Shown: in pieces, positions 48,413 through 60,344 of the stretch | How positions within the stretch are numbered: the first letter of the stretch is position 1 | Layout of the letters: every line of letters begins with the position of its first letter | NCBI RefSeq assembly: GCF_058153355.1 | Contig: NZ_CM177019.1 | Strand: one strand, 5' to 3' | DNA length: 64,000 nucleotides | Translations under genes and position numbers: made by a program | Notes under the pieces: model-generated | The model's database searches: none | Told to the model about the DNA's origin: nothing | What the model saw: the letters and a program-made list of their open reading frames with translations, nothing else

Positions 48413-48466
48413 GCTGAATCTCCCGTCCAAAAGCGCAAATCATGCCATGCAGGCCGGAAACGGCCA

Positions 48467-48494
48467 TTATCTAAAACCTCGGTTTACAGGAAAC
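48467..48494. repeat. gix recombination site (gin-proximal)
   Basis: ttatctaaaacctcggtttacaggaaac; inverted relative to the copy at 51540..51566. Confidence 0.8.
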
Positions 48495-48537
48495 GGTAAA
48501 CAAGGCTGGTAACGCTGTTCAAAAGACAGGTGATACC

Positions 48538-49503
48538 TTGTCCGGTGGACTTACTTTTGAAAACGACTCAATCCTTGCCTGGATTCGAAATACTGACTGG
48601 GCAAAGATTGGGTTTAAAAATAATTCGGATGCAGACACCGATTCCTACATGTGGTTTGAAACAGGCGACAACGGCAATGAATATTTCAAATGGAGACACC
48701 ACCTCACTGGCGGCCGGGTTAAAGACCTGATGAATCTTAAATGGGATGCTCTGTATGTTCTTGTGAAAGCCCTTTTCAGCAGTGAAGTGAAAATATCGAC
48801 AGTCAATGCACTGAGGATATTTAATTCATCTTTTGGTGCCATTTTTCGTCGTTCTGAAGAATGCCTGCATATCATCCCTACACGAGAGAATGAGGGGGAA
48901 AATGGTGATATAGGGCCACTACGCCCCTTTACGCTTAATCTCAGAACTGGCCGGATAAGCATGGGGCATGGTCTTGATGTTACAGGGGATATATTTGCAA
49001 ACCGTTTTGCAATTAACAGTAGTACCGGCATGTGGATTCATATGCGTGACCAGAATGTTATTCTGGGCCGTAATGCGGTATCCAACGATGGTGCGCAGGC
49101 ATTGCTTCGCCAGGACCATACCGACCGTAAATTCGTAATTGGTGGGCTGGGGAATAAGCAATTTGGCATCTACATGATTAATAACTCAAGGACAGCCAAT
49201 GGCACCGATGGTCAGGCGTACATGGATAATAACGGTAACTGGCTTTGTGGTGCGCAAGTTATTCCCGGCAATTATGGCAATTTTGACTCCAGATATGTGA
49301 AAGATGTCCGGCTTGGCTCACAGCAATATTATGGTGTGAATAACTGGCAAACATGGAATTTCCAGTGCCCGTCAGGCTATGTACTGACGGGGATTAACGT
49401 ACAGGATACCGGAAAAAACTCTGCCGATAATATTGCAGGCGTTCATTACAGGCCAGTGCAAAAGTATATAAATGGCACCTGGTATAATGTGGCGAGTATT
49501 TAA
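48538..49503 (+). CDS. alternative tail-fibre variable segment (Sv'), silent in this orientation
   Basis: C-terminus (..[19 protein letters not shown]) parallels that of S; lies inside the invertible segment on the opposite strand. True 5' boundary is the gix site. Confidence 0.7.
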   Translation: MSGGLTFENDSILAWIRNTDWAKIGFKNNSDADTDSYMWFETGDNGNEYFKWRHHLTGGRVKDLMNLKWDALYVLVKALFSSEVKISTVNALRIFNSSFGAIFRRSEECLHIIPTRENEGENGDIGPLRPFTLNLRTGRISMGHGLDVTGDIFANRFAINSSTGMWIHMRDQNVILGRNAVSNDGAQALLRQDHTDRKFVIGGLGNKQFGIYMINNSRTANGTDGQAYMDNNGNWLCGAQVIPGNYGNFDSRYVKDVRLGSQQYYGVNNWQTWNFQCPSGYVLTGINVQDTGKNSADNIAGVHYRPVQKYINGTWYNVASI

Positions 49504-49504
49504 T

Positions 49505-50032
49505 ATGATGCACTTAAAGAACATAAAAGCGGGTAATGCTAAAACACCAGAACAGTATGAGTTAACAAAGAAACACGGAGTTATCTGGCTTTACTCTGAG
49601 GACGGAAAAAACTGGTATGAGGAAGTGAAGAACTTTCAGCCGGATACAATAAAGATTGTTTACGACGAAAATAATATTATTGTCGCCGTCACTAAAGATG
49701 CCTCCACGCTTAATCCTGAAGGTTTTAGCGTCGTTGAAATCCCCGATATAACAGCTAACCGTCGTGCCGATGATTCAGGGAAGTGGATGTTTAAGGACGG
49801 AGCGGTGGTCAGGAGGACTTATACAGCAGACGAACAGCAGCAACAGGCCGAATCACAAAAGGCCGAGTTACTTTCCGAAGCTGAATCAGTCATCCAGCCG
49901 CTGGAACGCGCTGTCAGGCTGAATATGGCAACAGACGAGGAACGCACACGACTGGAAGCATGGGAACGCTACAGTGTTCTGATCAGCCGTGTGGATACGG
50001 CAAAGCCCGAATGGCCACAAAAACCTGAGTAA
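49505..50032 (+). CDS. alternative tail-fibre assembly protein U'
   Basis: About 175 aa, paralogous to U (both begin MMHLKNI.AGN...[19 protein letters not shown]). Confidence 0.75.
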   Translation: MMHLKNIKAGNAKTPEQYELTKKHGVIWLYSEDGKNWYEEVKNFQPDTIKIVYDENNIIVAVTKDASTLNPEGFSVVEIPDITANRRADDSGKWMFKDGAVVRRTYTADEQQQQAESQKAELLSEAESVIQPLERAVRLNMATDEERTRLEAWERYSVLISRVDTAKPEWPQKPE

Positions 50033-50060
50033 AAATTAAGGCCCGATATCGGGCCTTCTC

Positions 50061-50594
50061 TCATTCTGGTTGTTCGGGAAACGTTACTGGCAGGCTGGAG
50101 GTGTCTGTGGATTCGACCTTCTGCGCATAGAGCATCCACTCGGTTAATTTTTGTTTATTCTCGTCGGAAATAATGCCCAGCCGTAGCTGTGAGTCCCACA
50201 GCTGGGTTTTATCCCTGACGAGCTGTAGCAGGCTTTGCTTTTCATTTTCCGCTTGTTGCCTCTGCTCTTCCCCGGTATAAGTTCGCTTTATCACTACGCC
50301 ATCTTTGAACATCCATTTACCTGAAATATCAGCCCGGCGATTTGCTGTAATATCAGGAACCTCAACGACGCTTGCGCCTTCCGGATTAATTGCTGAAACA
50401 TCCTTTTCAATACAAATAATAACGCCGTTGTGGTCATAGACCATTTTCAACGTATCAGGCTGAAAGTTCTTTTGTTCCTCATACCAGTTTTTCCCATCCT
50501 CTGTATAAAGCCATTTGATGTTAAATTGCTTTGTTAGCTGGTATTGCTCTTTTGTTTCAGGATTACCAGCAGAAATGTTTTTTAAGTGCATCAT
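50061..50594 (-). CDS. U: tail-fibre assembly protein U
   Basis: 177 aa directly after S on the same strand. Confidence 0.78.
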   Translation of the reverse strand: MMHLKNISAGNPETKEQYQLTKQFNIKWLYTEDGKNWYEEQKNFQPDTLKMVYDHNGVIICIEKDVSAINPEGASVVEVPDITANRRADISGKWMFKDGVVIKRTYTGEEQRQQAENEKQSLLQLVRDKTQLWDSQLRLGIISDENKQKLTEWMLYAQKVESTDTSSLPVTFPEQPE

Positions 50595-50596
50595 CG

Positions 50597-52063
50597 TTAA
50601 ATACTCCCCGCGTTATACCACGTCCCATTAATGCAATACTGAACTGGCCTTGCCTGAGTTGTATCAATTAGTTCATCTCTGTTTGAGTTAACGGAACCGG
50701 TAACAACATAACCTGACCTGTCAGACCAGCCGGGACCATTCCATGTCTGAACAGATGACAGACCACCAAGGCGAATACCTGTAATAAACCTTGAGTTACA
50801 TTCTGCCTGCGTATATGCGCCAACATCTCTCGCTGATGGCTTGCGTGTTGTGGTGTAAAACTCTGACCAGCCAGCCTCAAATCCATAACCATCACGCGCT
50901 GAACGATAAAAAATACCGCCGTTCCTGTAATTCACACGGAACTGTACGGCAGGGCAACTCCCCGTATTCATATTGAAGTGGAGGATTAATGTTGTTGCGC
51001 CACCAATATTTGCGTTATAGACCCCGCTATTCCAGTTCCAGCCAACGGCTTTGTCGTTTCCGACGGTATTTCCTGTTTGCCCTAAAGCAAATGCAGGCTG
51101 CTGGTTTTTCGTGTTGTAGTCTCGTCGCCAGCCAGGAGCGTAAGCATCACCATGATTAATATAAGTGAATTGAGCGTTAGTGATTCCGCCGCCGCTGGAC
51201 GTGCCCGGCGTGGTAACGCGTATGGTCATTGCGCCGCGGGTGCCAATAACTTCCACCACAGCACCTGCAAGACAAATATTTCCGCAACCTGTATCTGTAA
51301 TGACCTTATTATTTGCATAAGCCCATGAGCCTTTGCACATCCAGTAAGGATGGTTAAATGCTCCCTGACTCTCCAGCCACGAAATAAATTGCGCAGTTGT
51401 CCAGACCTGACTATCGCCACCAATATCCACCCATGCGCTATATGCGCGACAGGCACCAATATTTTTGGTGAAGGTATCTTTTCCTGGAATATCTGCGCCG
51501 TTCTGGTTTTTCTGTAATGCGCCAGAAGCCTGATTTACCGTTTCCTGCAAACCGAGGTTTTGGATAAACAGCGGCTTATTGGGAATATCTGCTCCGTTCC
51601 GGTCTTTTGCCAGACGGGCATTGGCATTATCCATCGCAATTTTCACCGCTTTTGCGGTGGCTGCCAGCGTTTCACTGGGGCTGTCAGTGGCACTGGTTAG
51701 CTGAACGAGTCCTTTTTTGTTCAGGCTGGCATCATAGATATCCAGATTTTCACGTGCTGTACGCTGTGCTGATGCCCCGGCAGTTTTAATTTCGCTGAGG
51801 TTATTTTTTATCAGCAGCGCGTTCTTGTTCATGATGGCTTTAATGGACAGTGCAAGCTGGTTTAATTTTGTTTTATCCGGTTGAATACCGGCTTCTTCCA
51901 GCGTGTTTAATAACTCCGCCTGCACAATATTAAACCAGTCCATGCCGGGCCATGTGATAACATTATTCCCGTCACCTTCTGAAAACCAGCGAACGATAGC
52001 ACTACGCTTGGCGGATACGGGCGGCATGACGGTTACGCCGCTGTCGTTATCAATATAAAACAT
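50597..52063 (-). CDS. S: tail fibre protein S (constant part outside, variable part inside the G segment)
   Basis: 488 aa; the ORF crosses the gix site at about 51540..51566, so the G segment is in the S-U expressing orientation. Confidence 0.78.
   Translation of the reverse strand: MFYIDNDSGVTVMPPVSAKRSAIVRWFSEGDGNNVITWPGMDWFNIVQAELLNTLEEAGIQPDKTKLNQLALSIKAIMNKNALLIKNNLSEIKTAGASAQRTARENLDIYDASLNKKGLVQLTSATDSPSETLAATAKAVKIAMDNANARLAKDRNGADIPNKPLFIQNLGLQETVNQASGALQKNQNGADIPGKDTFTKNIGACRAYSAWVDIGGDSQVWTTAQFISWLESQGAFNHPYWMCKGSWAYANNKVITDTGCGNICLAGAVVEVIGTRGAMTIRVTTPGTSSGGGITNAQFTYINHGDAYAPGWRRDYNTKNQQPAFALGQTGNTVGNDKAVGWNWNSGVYNANIGGATTLILHFNMNTGSCPAVQFRVNYRNGGIFYRSARDGYGFEAGWSEFYTTTRKPSARDVGAYTQAECNSRFITGIRLGGLSSVQTWNGPGWSDRSGYVVTGSVNSNRDELIDTTQARPVQYCINGTWYNAGSI
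51540..51566. repeat. gix recombination site (distal), inside the S gene
   Basis: gttcctgcaaaccgaggttttggataa, inverted copy of 48467..48494 with a few mismatches. Confidence 0.8.
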
Positions 52064-52605
52064 TAGTTATCTCCGTCATGGTAAACAAATTTATAAATCT
52101 GATGTGCGGGTTTATATTTCTCCAGTAAACATTCCAGTGCACCCGATTCATAAACACGTAACGGCGTCAGAACATTATCCAGCACCGTTGCGTTGCGATA
52201 ATTTTTAATACCGTAAATATTGACCTGCGTAACCCACTGGCCTTCTGTGGAATCCGTCAGTCTGACGGTAAAACCGTACTGCGCAGCCAGCCATTCATAA
52301 AAGCGCCGACTCAGATTGCCGGTCATACGCATTTTATTTGCGGCAGCCCGCTGGCGTTCGGACAGGGTGCCGTTTTCGCTTGTACAGTCCGGCAACCCCA
52401 GAAATGATTCCCACTCCCTCAGATACCAGCGGGATGTGGACGGGAAACGCTCCCGCAGCATTTGCCGCGCATCATCCGCCGCAGTGGCAATCACATCGCT
52501 GATGGCCTGCGCCAGCGCAGATAATTTGCTGTCGGGGCTTTTATTCCAGGCAAGCCCTGACGGCAGTAATTGCAGAAAGGCAGCCTGATACGGTGTTACA
52601 GCCAT
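52063..52605 (-). CDS. Mu-type baseplate/tail protein (gp48-like)
   Basis: 180-aa ORF in the late tail block, by position. Confidence 0.6.
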   Translation of the reverse strand: MAVTPYQAAFLQLLPSGLAWNKSPDSKLSALAQAISDVIATAADDARQMLRERFPSTSRWYLREWESFLGLPDCTSENGTLSERQRAAANKMRMTGNLSRRFYEWLAAQYGFTVRLTDSTEGQWVTQVNIYGIKNYRNATVLDNVLTPLRVYESGALECLLEKYKPAHQIYKFVYHDGDN

Positions 52606-53678
52606 TCAATTGTCCCCGGTGTTAACAGTTCCGTATTCTCCGAACGCCGGATCTCTGTCGGGAAACGCACTTCAAAATCATCCAGACCGGTAACACCTGC
52701 CACCGCACGGATAATACGGGAGGGGGCAAGTGTGCCGCCCGGCGTCACTTCATTAAAAAACATGGTATTAATGGCGTGGGTAATAGCCTGTTTCAGTTCG
52801 ACAGTCTTCGGTGATATATAAATCCGTGGATTTACCGGCTTTGCCTTTGGCGCAAATACCGTGACATTTACACCGTCAGGCTGTCCGACAATCAGGCCGG
52901 TTATCGGGTCAGTATGACCGGCGATATAATCCGCCACGCGTTCCACATCTGCCGGTTGTGGAAAAATATTGCTCCGGTTATCCATAACAAACGTCACCCC
53001 GACTGTGCCACCGCCTTTCCATGCCGGAAAACACCAGGCACGGGTAACGCCGCTGACTTCACGCGCCCAGCGAACATAATCAAACTGATTACCGCCGAAC
53101 GGAGGATACTGGACACGATATTCCAGCCGTGACAGCAGCTCCGCTGCACTCTCAATATCAGCCCCACCGGAAAACCCTTTTACAGTGATGGCATCGGAAA
53201 CAACACAGGCAACCGGGGTGATCAACGTTAAAAGGGTATTCTCACCGGTATTTCCTGCCTCACCGGCAGCCAGTGCGGTAACGGTAATTTCCGTCGTTCC
53301 TGCACGGCCAATCACAATGGCATCAGCCAGACTGTAAACCACACCATCAGCACGCTGCCAGCGTGTACCGGCAGGAATGGTGGTCGCTGCCGATGTGGTG
53401 ACAGTCAGCGGGCCGCTGGCGGCTGTCGCCTGTTTGCGGCGCACGCCCCAGAACCGGCAGTGCTCCAGCAACTCATCTTCATCTGCTGTCGACGGGATAA
53501 TCTGCCGTCCAACCCATGAAATATGCTCGTGACAACCGGCAGCAAGGCCCGCCTGAGCATAAGCAATGGCACTCAGCGTTTTTTCACGGGCCTGAGGCCA
53601 GCTACCCGGCAGGCGCTGTTCAATATTCTGTTCTGTACGGGCAATCAGCGATGATAATGTCGGTGGTGAATAAGCCAT
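52596..53678 (-). CDS. baseplate J-like wedge protein (Mu gp47-like)
   Basis: 360-aa ORF, position in tail module. Confidence 0.6.
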   Translation of the reverse strand: MAYSPPTLSSLIARTEQNIEQRLPGSWPQAREKTLSAIAYAQAGLAAGCHEHISWVGRQIIPSTADEDELLEHCRFWGVRRKQATAASGPLTVTTSAATTIPAGTRWQRADGVVYSLADAIVIGRAGTTEITVTALAAGEAGNTGENTLLTLITPVACVVSDAITVKGFSGGADIESAAELLSRLEYRVQYPPFGGNQFDYVRWAREVSGVTRAWCFPAWKGGGTVGVTFVMDNRSNIFPQPADVERVADYIAGHTDPITGLIVGQPDGVNVTVFAPKAKPVNPRIYISPKTVELKQAITHAINTMFFNEVTPGGTLAPSRIIRAVAGVTGLDDFEVRFPTEIRRSENTELLTPGTIEWL

Positions 53679-54116
53679 TTAAACCCCGTTAAATACTGTT
53701 TTAAACTCATAAGGAATAACGGAACCATCCGGTAATGTCAGTGCAATGTAGAGGTATAACCAGCCCTGATGTAACTGTTCCGCTCTGACGTTAACCGCAC
53801 TTACCCGGCCCGCTGTTTTCAGCCATTCCAGCGCCTCTTCGGCATACTCTCTGGCACGTTCCGGCGTATCCTGTGTGGTTTTTTCACGTGATAACAGCCA
53901 CAACCGCGAACCGATGGGACGGTCGCGGTAACTGTCACCCCACCATCCACGGCGATCATCTGAACCATCCGGCAGCGTGTCAGAATCCAGCGTGCGCCGG
54001 TCGGTAAACAGGGAGATTGTCACATCGGTTGTCAGGCTGTCGTCGGTCAGCATATCAATGCCATCCTGTGCAATATCGCCGCGTCCGTTCGTCCAGATAA
54101 TGGCTAAATCGGTCAT
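53679..54116 (-). CDS. baseplate protein (Mu gp46-like)
   Basis: 145-aa ORF, position. Confidence 0.55.
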   Translation of the reverse strand: MTDLAIIWTNGRGDIAQDGIDMLTDDSLTTDVTISLFTDRRTLDSDTLPDGSDDRRGWWGDSYRDRPIGSRLWLLSREKTTQDTPERAREYAEEALEWLKTAGRVSAVNVRAEQLHQGWLYLYIALTLPDGSVIPYEFKTVFNGV

Positions 54117-54706
54117 TGCATCGGCCCTGTGGTTCCGCCGCTGTCGCCACGGTGGATATGCTTATCCGTCGATTTGCCATTGATGATGGCATCCGGGGCA
54201 GTAATATTGCTGTCGAACTGGCTTTTACCTTTAACGCCCAGACCTTTCTGGATCTCAACGTCGCCGGTAAACGTGGTTCTGGGTGTATCAACGGTCATAC
54301 TTTCATCAGCGTAAATCTCAACCGTTTTACAGGTAATGACGCAGCGCCCGTCCTTTGTCAGCCTGATACGATGCCCCTCGTGGTGGTAAATGCCTGCATC
54401 ACCCGGTTCAAGATTTGTCGGGCGGTAGCGGCGATCTTCCACCACAACGGCAATCCCCTGATCACGTTGTGCACCCACACAGGCAATCAGCGCCTCTGCG
54501 CCCGGCAGGGGAACGCTGAAATGCCCGTAATTTTGCAGGCGCTCCACTTCATCAGATTCCTCATCATCCAGCAGACCGACCTGCAGGTTCTGAACCTTTC
54601 GCCCGTCGTGAATCACGTTAACAACGGCACGCGCAAGCATCAGACGCACACGACGCATCAGCGGTGTCAGCAGGCGGTTCATGGCGGAATCATTTACTCT
54701 TTCCAC
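54113..54706 (-). CDS. baseplate spike/assembly protein (Mu gp45-like)
   Basis: 197-aa ORF, position. Confidence 0.55.
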   Translation of the reverse strand: MERVNDSAMNRLLTPLMRRVRLMLARAVVNVIHDGRKVQNLQVGLLDDEESDEVERLQNYGHFSVPLPGAEALIACVGAQRDQGIAVVVEDRRYRPTNLEPGDAGIYHHEGHRIRLTKDGRCVITCKTVEIYADESMTVDTPRTTFTGDVEIQKGLGVKGKSQFDSNITAPDAIINGKSTDKHIHRGDSGGTTGPMQ

Positions 54707-55833
54707 GGCGGCGTTTTCTCCGGGTGTCTGCGATAATAATCTTCAACCAGCGCATCAATACCGCCGTTACTGTCGCCGCCTTTCCTGTTTTTACGGTCGC
54801 TTTCAACCGGCACCAGAAAGCCTTCGCGTGGTGCAAGGCTGACGCGGGTTTTCAGCCCGTCCTGGTCATTCAGTATCAGGGTGACTTTGCTGACCAGTAA
54901 TTCCGTGGTTTTGATGGCATATTTCGAGGCATCAATAGTGACCAGCAGGTTCGGCATCCAGAGTTGCCCGTCCCTGCGTTTCCATCCGTCAATTTCTGCC
55001 TCAAAAGTGATGGATTTTGCCAGTCTGCGGCGTTGCTCACGCAGGGCGCGGGCCTGTGCATCCTTCGCCGTAATTTTGCTGTCAGCAATGATGATCATCG
55101 GTCTGTAACGGGTCACATCACTGTCAGTGGCGGTCCCTTTCCGGGAAACGATACTTTTCGCATCAATATCATCACCCTCAGCACCGTTCGCGCGGGCATA
55201 CCCCTTGACGATGTATTCGCTGAACCGGTCGCGGAAGTTTTCCTCAAAATCCAGTGTCAGCAGATTTTCTCCGAGAACCAGCTCATCAGTGGCTGTGCTG
55301 GCAGCCCGGCTGAATACCAGCTCTCCGGCGGCATTGCTGGTCATCAGTACACCGCGTGCGCGGGAGGCGCGCACCAGCGCCTCATAAACGGTTTCTGAAT
55401 GGTCCAGCGTGAAGCCGGGAAAAGCTGCCGAACTTTCCTTATCGGAAAGCTCCCAGCGAACGGTAACGCCATAAGGGGCGCACAGGTCACGCGCGATCTG
55501 CTCCAGTGTGCGGTTTTTCCACTGTCCACCACTGTAAACGGCAGCACAGTCAATCAGGTCAGCCGTTTTGTCACGTCCGGCGACAGTGATTTTCATACTG
55601 TCAGCGGTCATCTGGCGTCGCCGTGAATCGATATAACCGGTGCAGACAATCTGCCCCCCGATTTCCAGCGTGAACGCCTTCCCCGGTGCCAGCCCGGATA
55701 AATCCGTACCCGGTGGCACGTTCACCCCCAGCTCAAAATATCCGGCTACGGATTCAATCGAGCGGGTGACAGAGACTGACGTCCAGCCGGTAAAAAGCCT
55801 GCCATCCGTTCGCAGTGTGACGGTATTACTCAT
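54694..55833 (-). CDS. tail/baseplate hub protein (Mu gp44/P-like)
   Basis: 379-aa ORF, position. Confidence 0.55.
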   Translation of the reverse strand: MSNTVTLRTDGRLFTGWTSVSVTRSIESVAGYFELGVNVPPGTDLSGLAPGKAFTLEIGGQIVCTGYIDSRRRQMTADSMKITVAGRDKTADLIDCAAVYSGGQWKNRTLEQIARDLCAPYGVTVRWELSDKESSAAFPGFTLDHSETVYEALVRASRARGVLMTSNAAGELVFSRAASTATDELVLGENLLTLDFEENFRDRFSEYIVKGYARANGAEGDDIDAKSIVSRKGTATDSDVTRYRPMIIIADSKITAKDAQARALREQRRRLAKSITFEAEIDGWKRRDGQLWMPNLLVTIDASKYAIKTTELLVSKVTLILNDQDGLKTRVSLAPREGFLVPVESDRKNRKGGDSNGGIDALVEDYYRRHPEKTPPWKE

Positions 55834-57313
55834 TAATCACCTCAATACTGACGCCACCGGGAACAAACAACGGGTTGCTGATACCATTCCTGCGGGCCAG
55901 CCGTTGCCAGTTCCGGCTGTTTCCTGTGTAACGGTACAGGGCCACCATTGCAGGCATCGTCTCCGGCAGGCGGTGCGTTTCACTTCCCGCCAGTTGCAGC
56001 CCACGTTTTTCCAGGTCGGCAACAACCAGCAGACGCAGTTGCGTAAGCTGAACGCTGTCTGTCGAAAAGCCCTGCTCAGATGCCGTCAGAATGACGGTAT
56101 CCAGTGCAGCCCCCAGCATGGCGGCTGTTTTTCCGATATCGGACACACTTTCAAATACCGGGGGCGTGGCTGTACCACTGTCTGAAAAGGATACCTGTGA
56201 AAAGCCGCCGTCCGGGGTTATGGTAGTTAACTGTAACTGTCCCTGTGTGACGGTAGCAGATGTGCTGCTGGCCCCGCTGGCTGTGCCGGTTGTGGTGGAC
56301 GGGGCATCCAGTACAGGTGTACGGGCGGCATTATCCATCCGGCGACTGAAATCCAGTGCCGCAGTCAGTGCCTGGCTGGCAGCTTCTGCCCGGTATGTCT
56401 GCGCCGCTGCCAGCATGACGTAGTTCAGTGTGGCAATATTTTTTTCTGCAACCGGACTGTTGTACGAGGTTGTGATTGCCCCCTGTCTGCCTGCGGTGGC
56501 GGCATGGCGACGTTCGAATCGCTGCGCCAGACGGTTCCATGTGGAAAATGCTGTCCGGGTATCGCATAACGATGAAACGCCGGACAGCGCCCCCATCAGC
56601 GAGGAGGCCAGCATGGCAGGCTGGTTAATCAGGCTGGTCACAGAGCCTTTCATCGCAGAAAGCGATCCCATCAGACCGCTGACAGTCTGCGTAACCCCCA
56701 GATTGTCCACCGCATCACTGATATCATCGATGACACCGGTTACAGCTTCCATCACGGCGGTTGCCGCCGCAGTGCCATCTTTTACGGTCTGCCAGACAGA
56801 GGACAGCGTATCCCCCAGAGAACCGGTTACAGCAACAGCCTGTGCCGGTACGGCTGCACTGGTGTCTGTTTCTGCGTCCGGGGCAGTATCCTGCAACGAC
56901 GGATAAACGGTAACGGTGAACGCGTAATAATTCAGTTCATCCGCTTTAGTGCGGCATTCCCATGAATCCACCATGACGTCCACAGTGCCGAAATCAGGAT
57001 GTACCAGCTCACCGCTGCCCGGAGCATCAAGAGCATCCATCAGCGCATCCGCTTCATCTCTGGCTGTTTCTGCGTTACTGTTCAGAATGCAGGCGCTGAA
57101 TGTACGGGAGCGAAGCTTTTTCCCCAGGTCATTGACGCCGCCGGTATCACGTAACGGGTACTCGCGTTTAACCAAGCGACGTCCGCCAGCCTGTTTTTGC
57201 TCCTCGATGACGAGAAACGGCACGTTACGGAACGTGCCTTTGCCGGTTGTTTTCCTGCCTCCACCGGTTTTATCCCGGACAGCATTAACGGCATTTAAAG
57301 CATCTTCAAACAT
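55826..57313 (-). CDS. tail protein (Mu gp43/N-like DNA circularisation protein)
   Basis: 495-aa ORF, position. Confidence 0.55.
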   Translation of the reverse strand: MFEDALNAVNAVRDKTGGGRKTTGKGTFRNVPFLVIEEQKQAGGRRLVKREYPLRDTGGVNDLGKKLRSRTFSACILNSNAETARDEADALMDALDAPGSGELVHPDFGTVDVMVDSWECRTKADELNYYAFTVTVYPSLQDTAPDAETDTSAAVPAQAVAVTGSLGDTLSSVWQTVKDGTAAATAVMEAVTGVIDDISDAVDNLGVTQTVSGLMGSLSAMKGSVTSLINQPAMLASSLMGALSGVSSLCDTRTAFSTWNRLAQRFERRHAATAGRQGAITTSYNSPVAEKNIATLNYVMLAAAQTYRAEAASQALTAALDFSRRMDNAARTPVLDAPSTTTGTASGASSTSATVTQGQLQLTTITPDGGFSQVSFSDSGTATPPVFESVSDIGKTAAMLGAALDTVILTASEQGFSTDSVQLTQLRLLVVADLEKRGLQLAGSETHRLPETMPAMVALYRYTGNSRNWQRLARRNGISNPLFVPGGVSIEVINE

Positions 57314-57317
57314 GGTT

Positions 57318-59483
57318 TTACCAGCCCGTAATGTAGTTATCGCCCGCGTAAATATTCAGCCCCATACCATCCCCGGTGACGCGGGAACTGGTCAGACGTA
57401 ACCCCTCGCCAAGTTCGACGCGCAGCGAGGCTTCCGCATTGACTTTTTGTTCCTGCGGTTCCTTATCCGTGGCCGTCCATTTCTGATACAGGTCGGTTAC
57501 AAAACCGCCCAGATACTCCCCGGCGACACTGCCCAGCGTGGCACCGGCAACCGTACCCAGCGGTCCGGCAAGGCTGCCAACGGCACCGCCGAGCCATGCA
57601 CCGGCTGTACTGCCAATTGCTCCTGCTTTTTCATGGGCTGACGCCTGCTCATCCATCAGGACGGGGGCAAGCTGGAGTGCCCCCATTACCGGGCCACCCA
57701 GACGTGACAACGCACGACAGGCACCTTTGCCCATCCAGCCCAGCGCCCCGGCACCTTTTGCCACAACCCGACCGATCGCACTGCCTGCAAGTTTGTTTCC
57801 GATACCGGAAAACCACCCGCCAGCGGCACGCCCGGCATCAGCCAGCTTTCCGACCGTTCCCGTAACCAGTTGCCCGGCAGCACTGCCTGCAAGTCTGCTC
57901 AGAAGACCGGATTTACCGGGTAAAGGTAATGGTGCAGGCCGTGCTGTTACCGGTACGCCGGGTGGGGGTAATGCCAGTACAGGGCGTGGTGCAGGTAATG
58001 CCAGCGGCTGTGGCCCGGACAGCAATAACGGCTGGCGGGGTAACAGCGGGGCCATTCTTCCGCCGCTCCGTCCGCGACGACCGCCGCCACTCCCGTAGCC
58101 ACCAAATCCACGGGGCCAGTTGATGACAAACACACGCTGAATGCCGGTGCCCTGCAACAGCGTCTCAGACGTCATGGCATCCGGCACCGGCAGACCTGCC
58201 CGCCCACGTTTGCGGTTCCGCATCCAGCGCCACATACGACGCCCGGTTTTAAACGGATAACTGGCAACCTGCCATGAGGGTTTTGCCACGGCCCAGCCTG
58301 CTCTCAGGGCTTTATTGGCAAGCCAGACAGACACCAGAACAGCAGCCAGTTTTTTCAGGCTGACAATATTCTGGTCAACCCATGCCAGCGCATCTTTACC
58401 CGGTTTCAGCCAGCGCCATAATTCCTGCGCCGCGATTTTCACCGTTCTGAATGTGGTCAGAAACTTCTGACCAATGTTTTGCGCCAGTGCGTCAAGTTCC
58501 CCGGATTTATCCGCCATGTCGTGCCAGTCAAGCACCCGGCGCATCTCGTTCTTGATTTCTTCAAAGGGGCCGCTGTTGGCCACCTTTGTGCGAAACTCAA
58601 GCAGGTTGCCCTCCATCTGGGCCATCATCCCGTCCCAGGAGTTCATGGCAGCCGCCTGTGCGCCTTTTGACTGTTCCAGTAAGATTCTGAACACCGTCAG
58701 GATGGATTTCAGGCCCAGCTTGCCCTTTGTACCCAGATCACGGATTTTTTTCTCATCCTCACCCGTTGCATCTGCCAGCACCTTGTAGACGTTGATACCG
58801 TAGCCGGTCAGCAGGTTGGCGTCCGCCGCTGTGATTTGCTGACGGGCAAACATCTGTTTGAACTGTAACGAAGCCCCCTGTGCAGTGGGTAAATCCCAGC
58901 CGTGCATCGCCCCCTGGTTCTGTAGCATGGTGATGAACTGTTTTACCTGGGCATCAGTCATGCCAAACGCAGTTGATGTGCGGATCTCCTGCAGAACACC
59001 ACCCAGCCCCCAGGTGGTTTCTTTTGCGTTCTGCTTCGCCCACGCCATCATGGCCTGTGCTCTGGCCTTATCGCCGTGATAGAGCGAGTTCATGGCGATA
59101 ATCTGCTGCTCACGCTGGGCGGCTGCACCAATAAACAGTTTATTGGCGGTGTAACCCACGCCAGCGATACCCAGCGCCCCGGCTGACAGCATTCGGAATG
59201 TACGGGTTGACAGAGAACCCATTCTGTCAATGGCACCAGAAACGCGCACAACCTCCATACGCAGGGCACGCAGGGAACTTTGTCCGCTACGGGACAGGGC
59301 GTTTATCTGGTTCGAATACTGGCGGGAACGCCGGGAAAGATTGCCATTAAGATCAATAATGACAGACGCTTTTAAGCGTTTCCCGGTCACAGAAATCTCC
59401 TGATTTAACGGTGATATTGAGAGAGGGTTTTCGCCTGCTGGCAGTGCCGGAAAAAGCGGGACAGCGGGAGGGACAAGGCCCAT
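57318..59483 (-). CDS. tail tape-measure protein
   Basis: 721 aa, largest tail-module ORF, with an internal Gly/Pro/Arg-rich low-complexity stretch. Confidence 0.7.
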   Translation of the reverse strand: MGLVPPAVPLFPALPAGENPLSISPLNQEISVTGKRLKASVIIDLNGNLSRRSRQYSNQINALSRSGQSSLRALRMEVVRVSGAIDRMGSLSTRTFRMLSAGALGIAGVGYTANKLFIGAAAQREQQIIAMNSLYHGDKARAQAMMAWAKQNAKETTWGLGGVLQEIRTSTAFGMTDAQVKQFITMLQNQGAMHGWDLPTAQGASLQFKQMFARQQITAADANLLTGYGINVYKVLADATGEDEKKIRDLGTKGKLGLKSILTVFRILLEQSKGAQAAAMNSWDGMMAQMEGNLLEFRTKVANSGPFEEIKNEMRRVLDWHDMADKSGELDALAQNIGQKFLTTFRTVKIAAQELWRWLKPGKDALAWVDQNIVSLKKLAAVLVSVWLANKALRAGWAVAKPSWQVASYPFKTGRRMWRWMRNRKRGRAGLPVPDAMTSETLLQGTGIQRVFVINWPRGFGGYGSGGGRRGRSGGRMAPLLPRQPLLLSGPQPLALPAPRPVLALPPPGVPVTARPAPLPLPGKSGLLSRLAGSAAGQLVTGTVGKLADAGRAAGGWFSGIGNKLAGSAIGRVVAKGAGALGWMGKGACRALSRLGGPVMGALQLAPVLMDEQASAHEKAGAIGSTAGAWLGGAVGSLAGPLGTVAGATLGSVAGEYLGGFVTDLYQKWTATDKEPQEQKVNAEASLRVELGEGLRLTSSRVTGDGMGLNIYAGDNYITGW

Positions 59484-59534
59484 TCCGGGCCACTTTTCAG
59501 AATAACGCCAATCGCTGTCGCCGCTTTCTCAATA

Positions 59535-59969
59535 TCATTCCGGCACCGCAGCCACTCGCCCCCGTTCTTGCGTCAGCGATGCTGCCACGGCCATGTCGTA
59601 CATTTCTGTGGCCAGCGACAGACGCTGGAAGTCATCGACGGACAGTTTACGCATCAGCGCCATCGACAACGGGCCTTTGATGCAGCCCACGCTGGCAATC
59701 TGTCGGCGCAGCATTTCCAGCCCCATCAGGGACGGGGAACTGACCAGCACCGGACCTTCCTTGCTCATTACCAGCTTTTCAGCAGCCACCTGGGCATCAA
59801 TCAGATCGCCTGCGGTCAGTTCACGCAGCGTCACGTCATACTGCATTTCAGTCTCGTCGCCGGTGCCGAACGGCAGGCCGTCTTTCAGTTTCAGCACGCC
59901 GGACTGAAGCTCTGCCACAATGCTGTCATGCAGTTCCTGTGCTTCCTCACTTAAATTCATTTCGTCCAT
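59535..59969 (-). CDS. tail assembly chaperone-like protein
   Basis: 144-aa acidic ORF between tube and tape-measure genes. Confidence 0.5.
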   Translation of the reverse strand: MDEMNLSEEAQELHDSIVAELQSGVLKLKDGLPFGTGDETEMQYDVTLRELTAGDLIDAQVAAEKLVMSKEGPVLVSSPSLMGLEMLRRQIASVGCIKGPLSMALMRKLSVDDFQRLSLATEMYDMAVAASLTQERGRVAAVPE

Positions 59970-59978
59970 TGGTTCCCC

Positions 59979-60335
59979 TTATGCAATGCGTTTGCTTTGT
60001 TTTGCCATCAGTACCAGCGAAATTTCGCCGCCGTCGTTTTTCGGTTCATCTGCCTGCCAGGCATTCGCCATCATCCAGGTTTCACCGGTGTCTGCCTGAA
60101 ACTCTGCCGTGATGTTTTCCCAGCCGATGATTTCATCCAGACCGATATCACCACCGCCCGGAATTTTGCATTCCAGCTTTGCGGCACGTGGTTTACCTTT
60201 CCAGCCATAAACCCGCGAGCCGGTCACTTCTTCACGGGTGATGCCGGAAGGTGTGAAGGAGGCACCTTCCATCGTTTCAAGCTCCATGCCATTGACACGG
60301 ATGAACGCCACCCCCTGACGCTGATTTCCAGCCAT
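59979..60335 (-). CDS. contractile tail tube protein
   Basis: 118-aa ORF directly after the sheath gene. Confidence 0.65.
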   Translation of the reverse strand: MAGNQRQGVAFIRVNGMELETMEGASFTPSGITREEVTGSRVYGWKGKPRAAKLECKIPGGGDIGLDEIIGWENITAEFQADTGETWMMANAWQADEPKNDGGEISLVLMAKQSKRIA

Positions 60336-60344
60336 AAATGCTCC

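Noticed and set aside
57538-58098. 186-aa Pro/Ala-rich plus-strand ORF
   Set aside because: Antisense to the repeat-containing part of the tape-measure gene.
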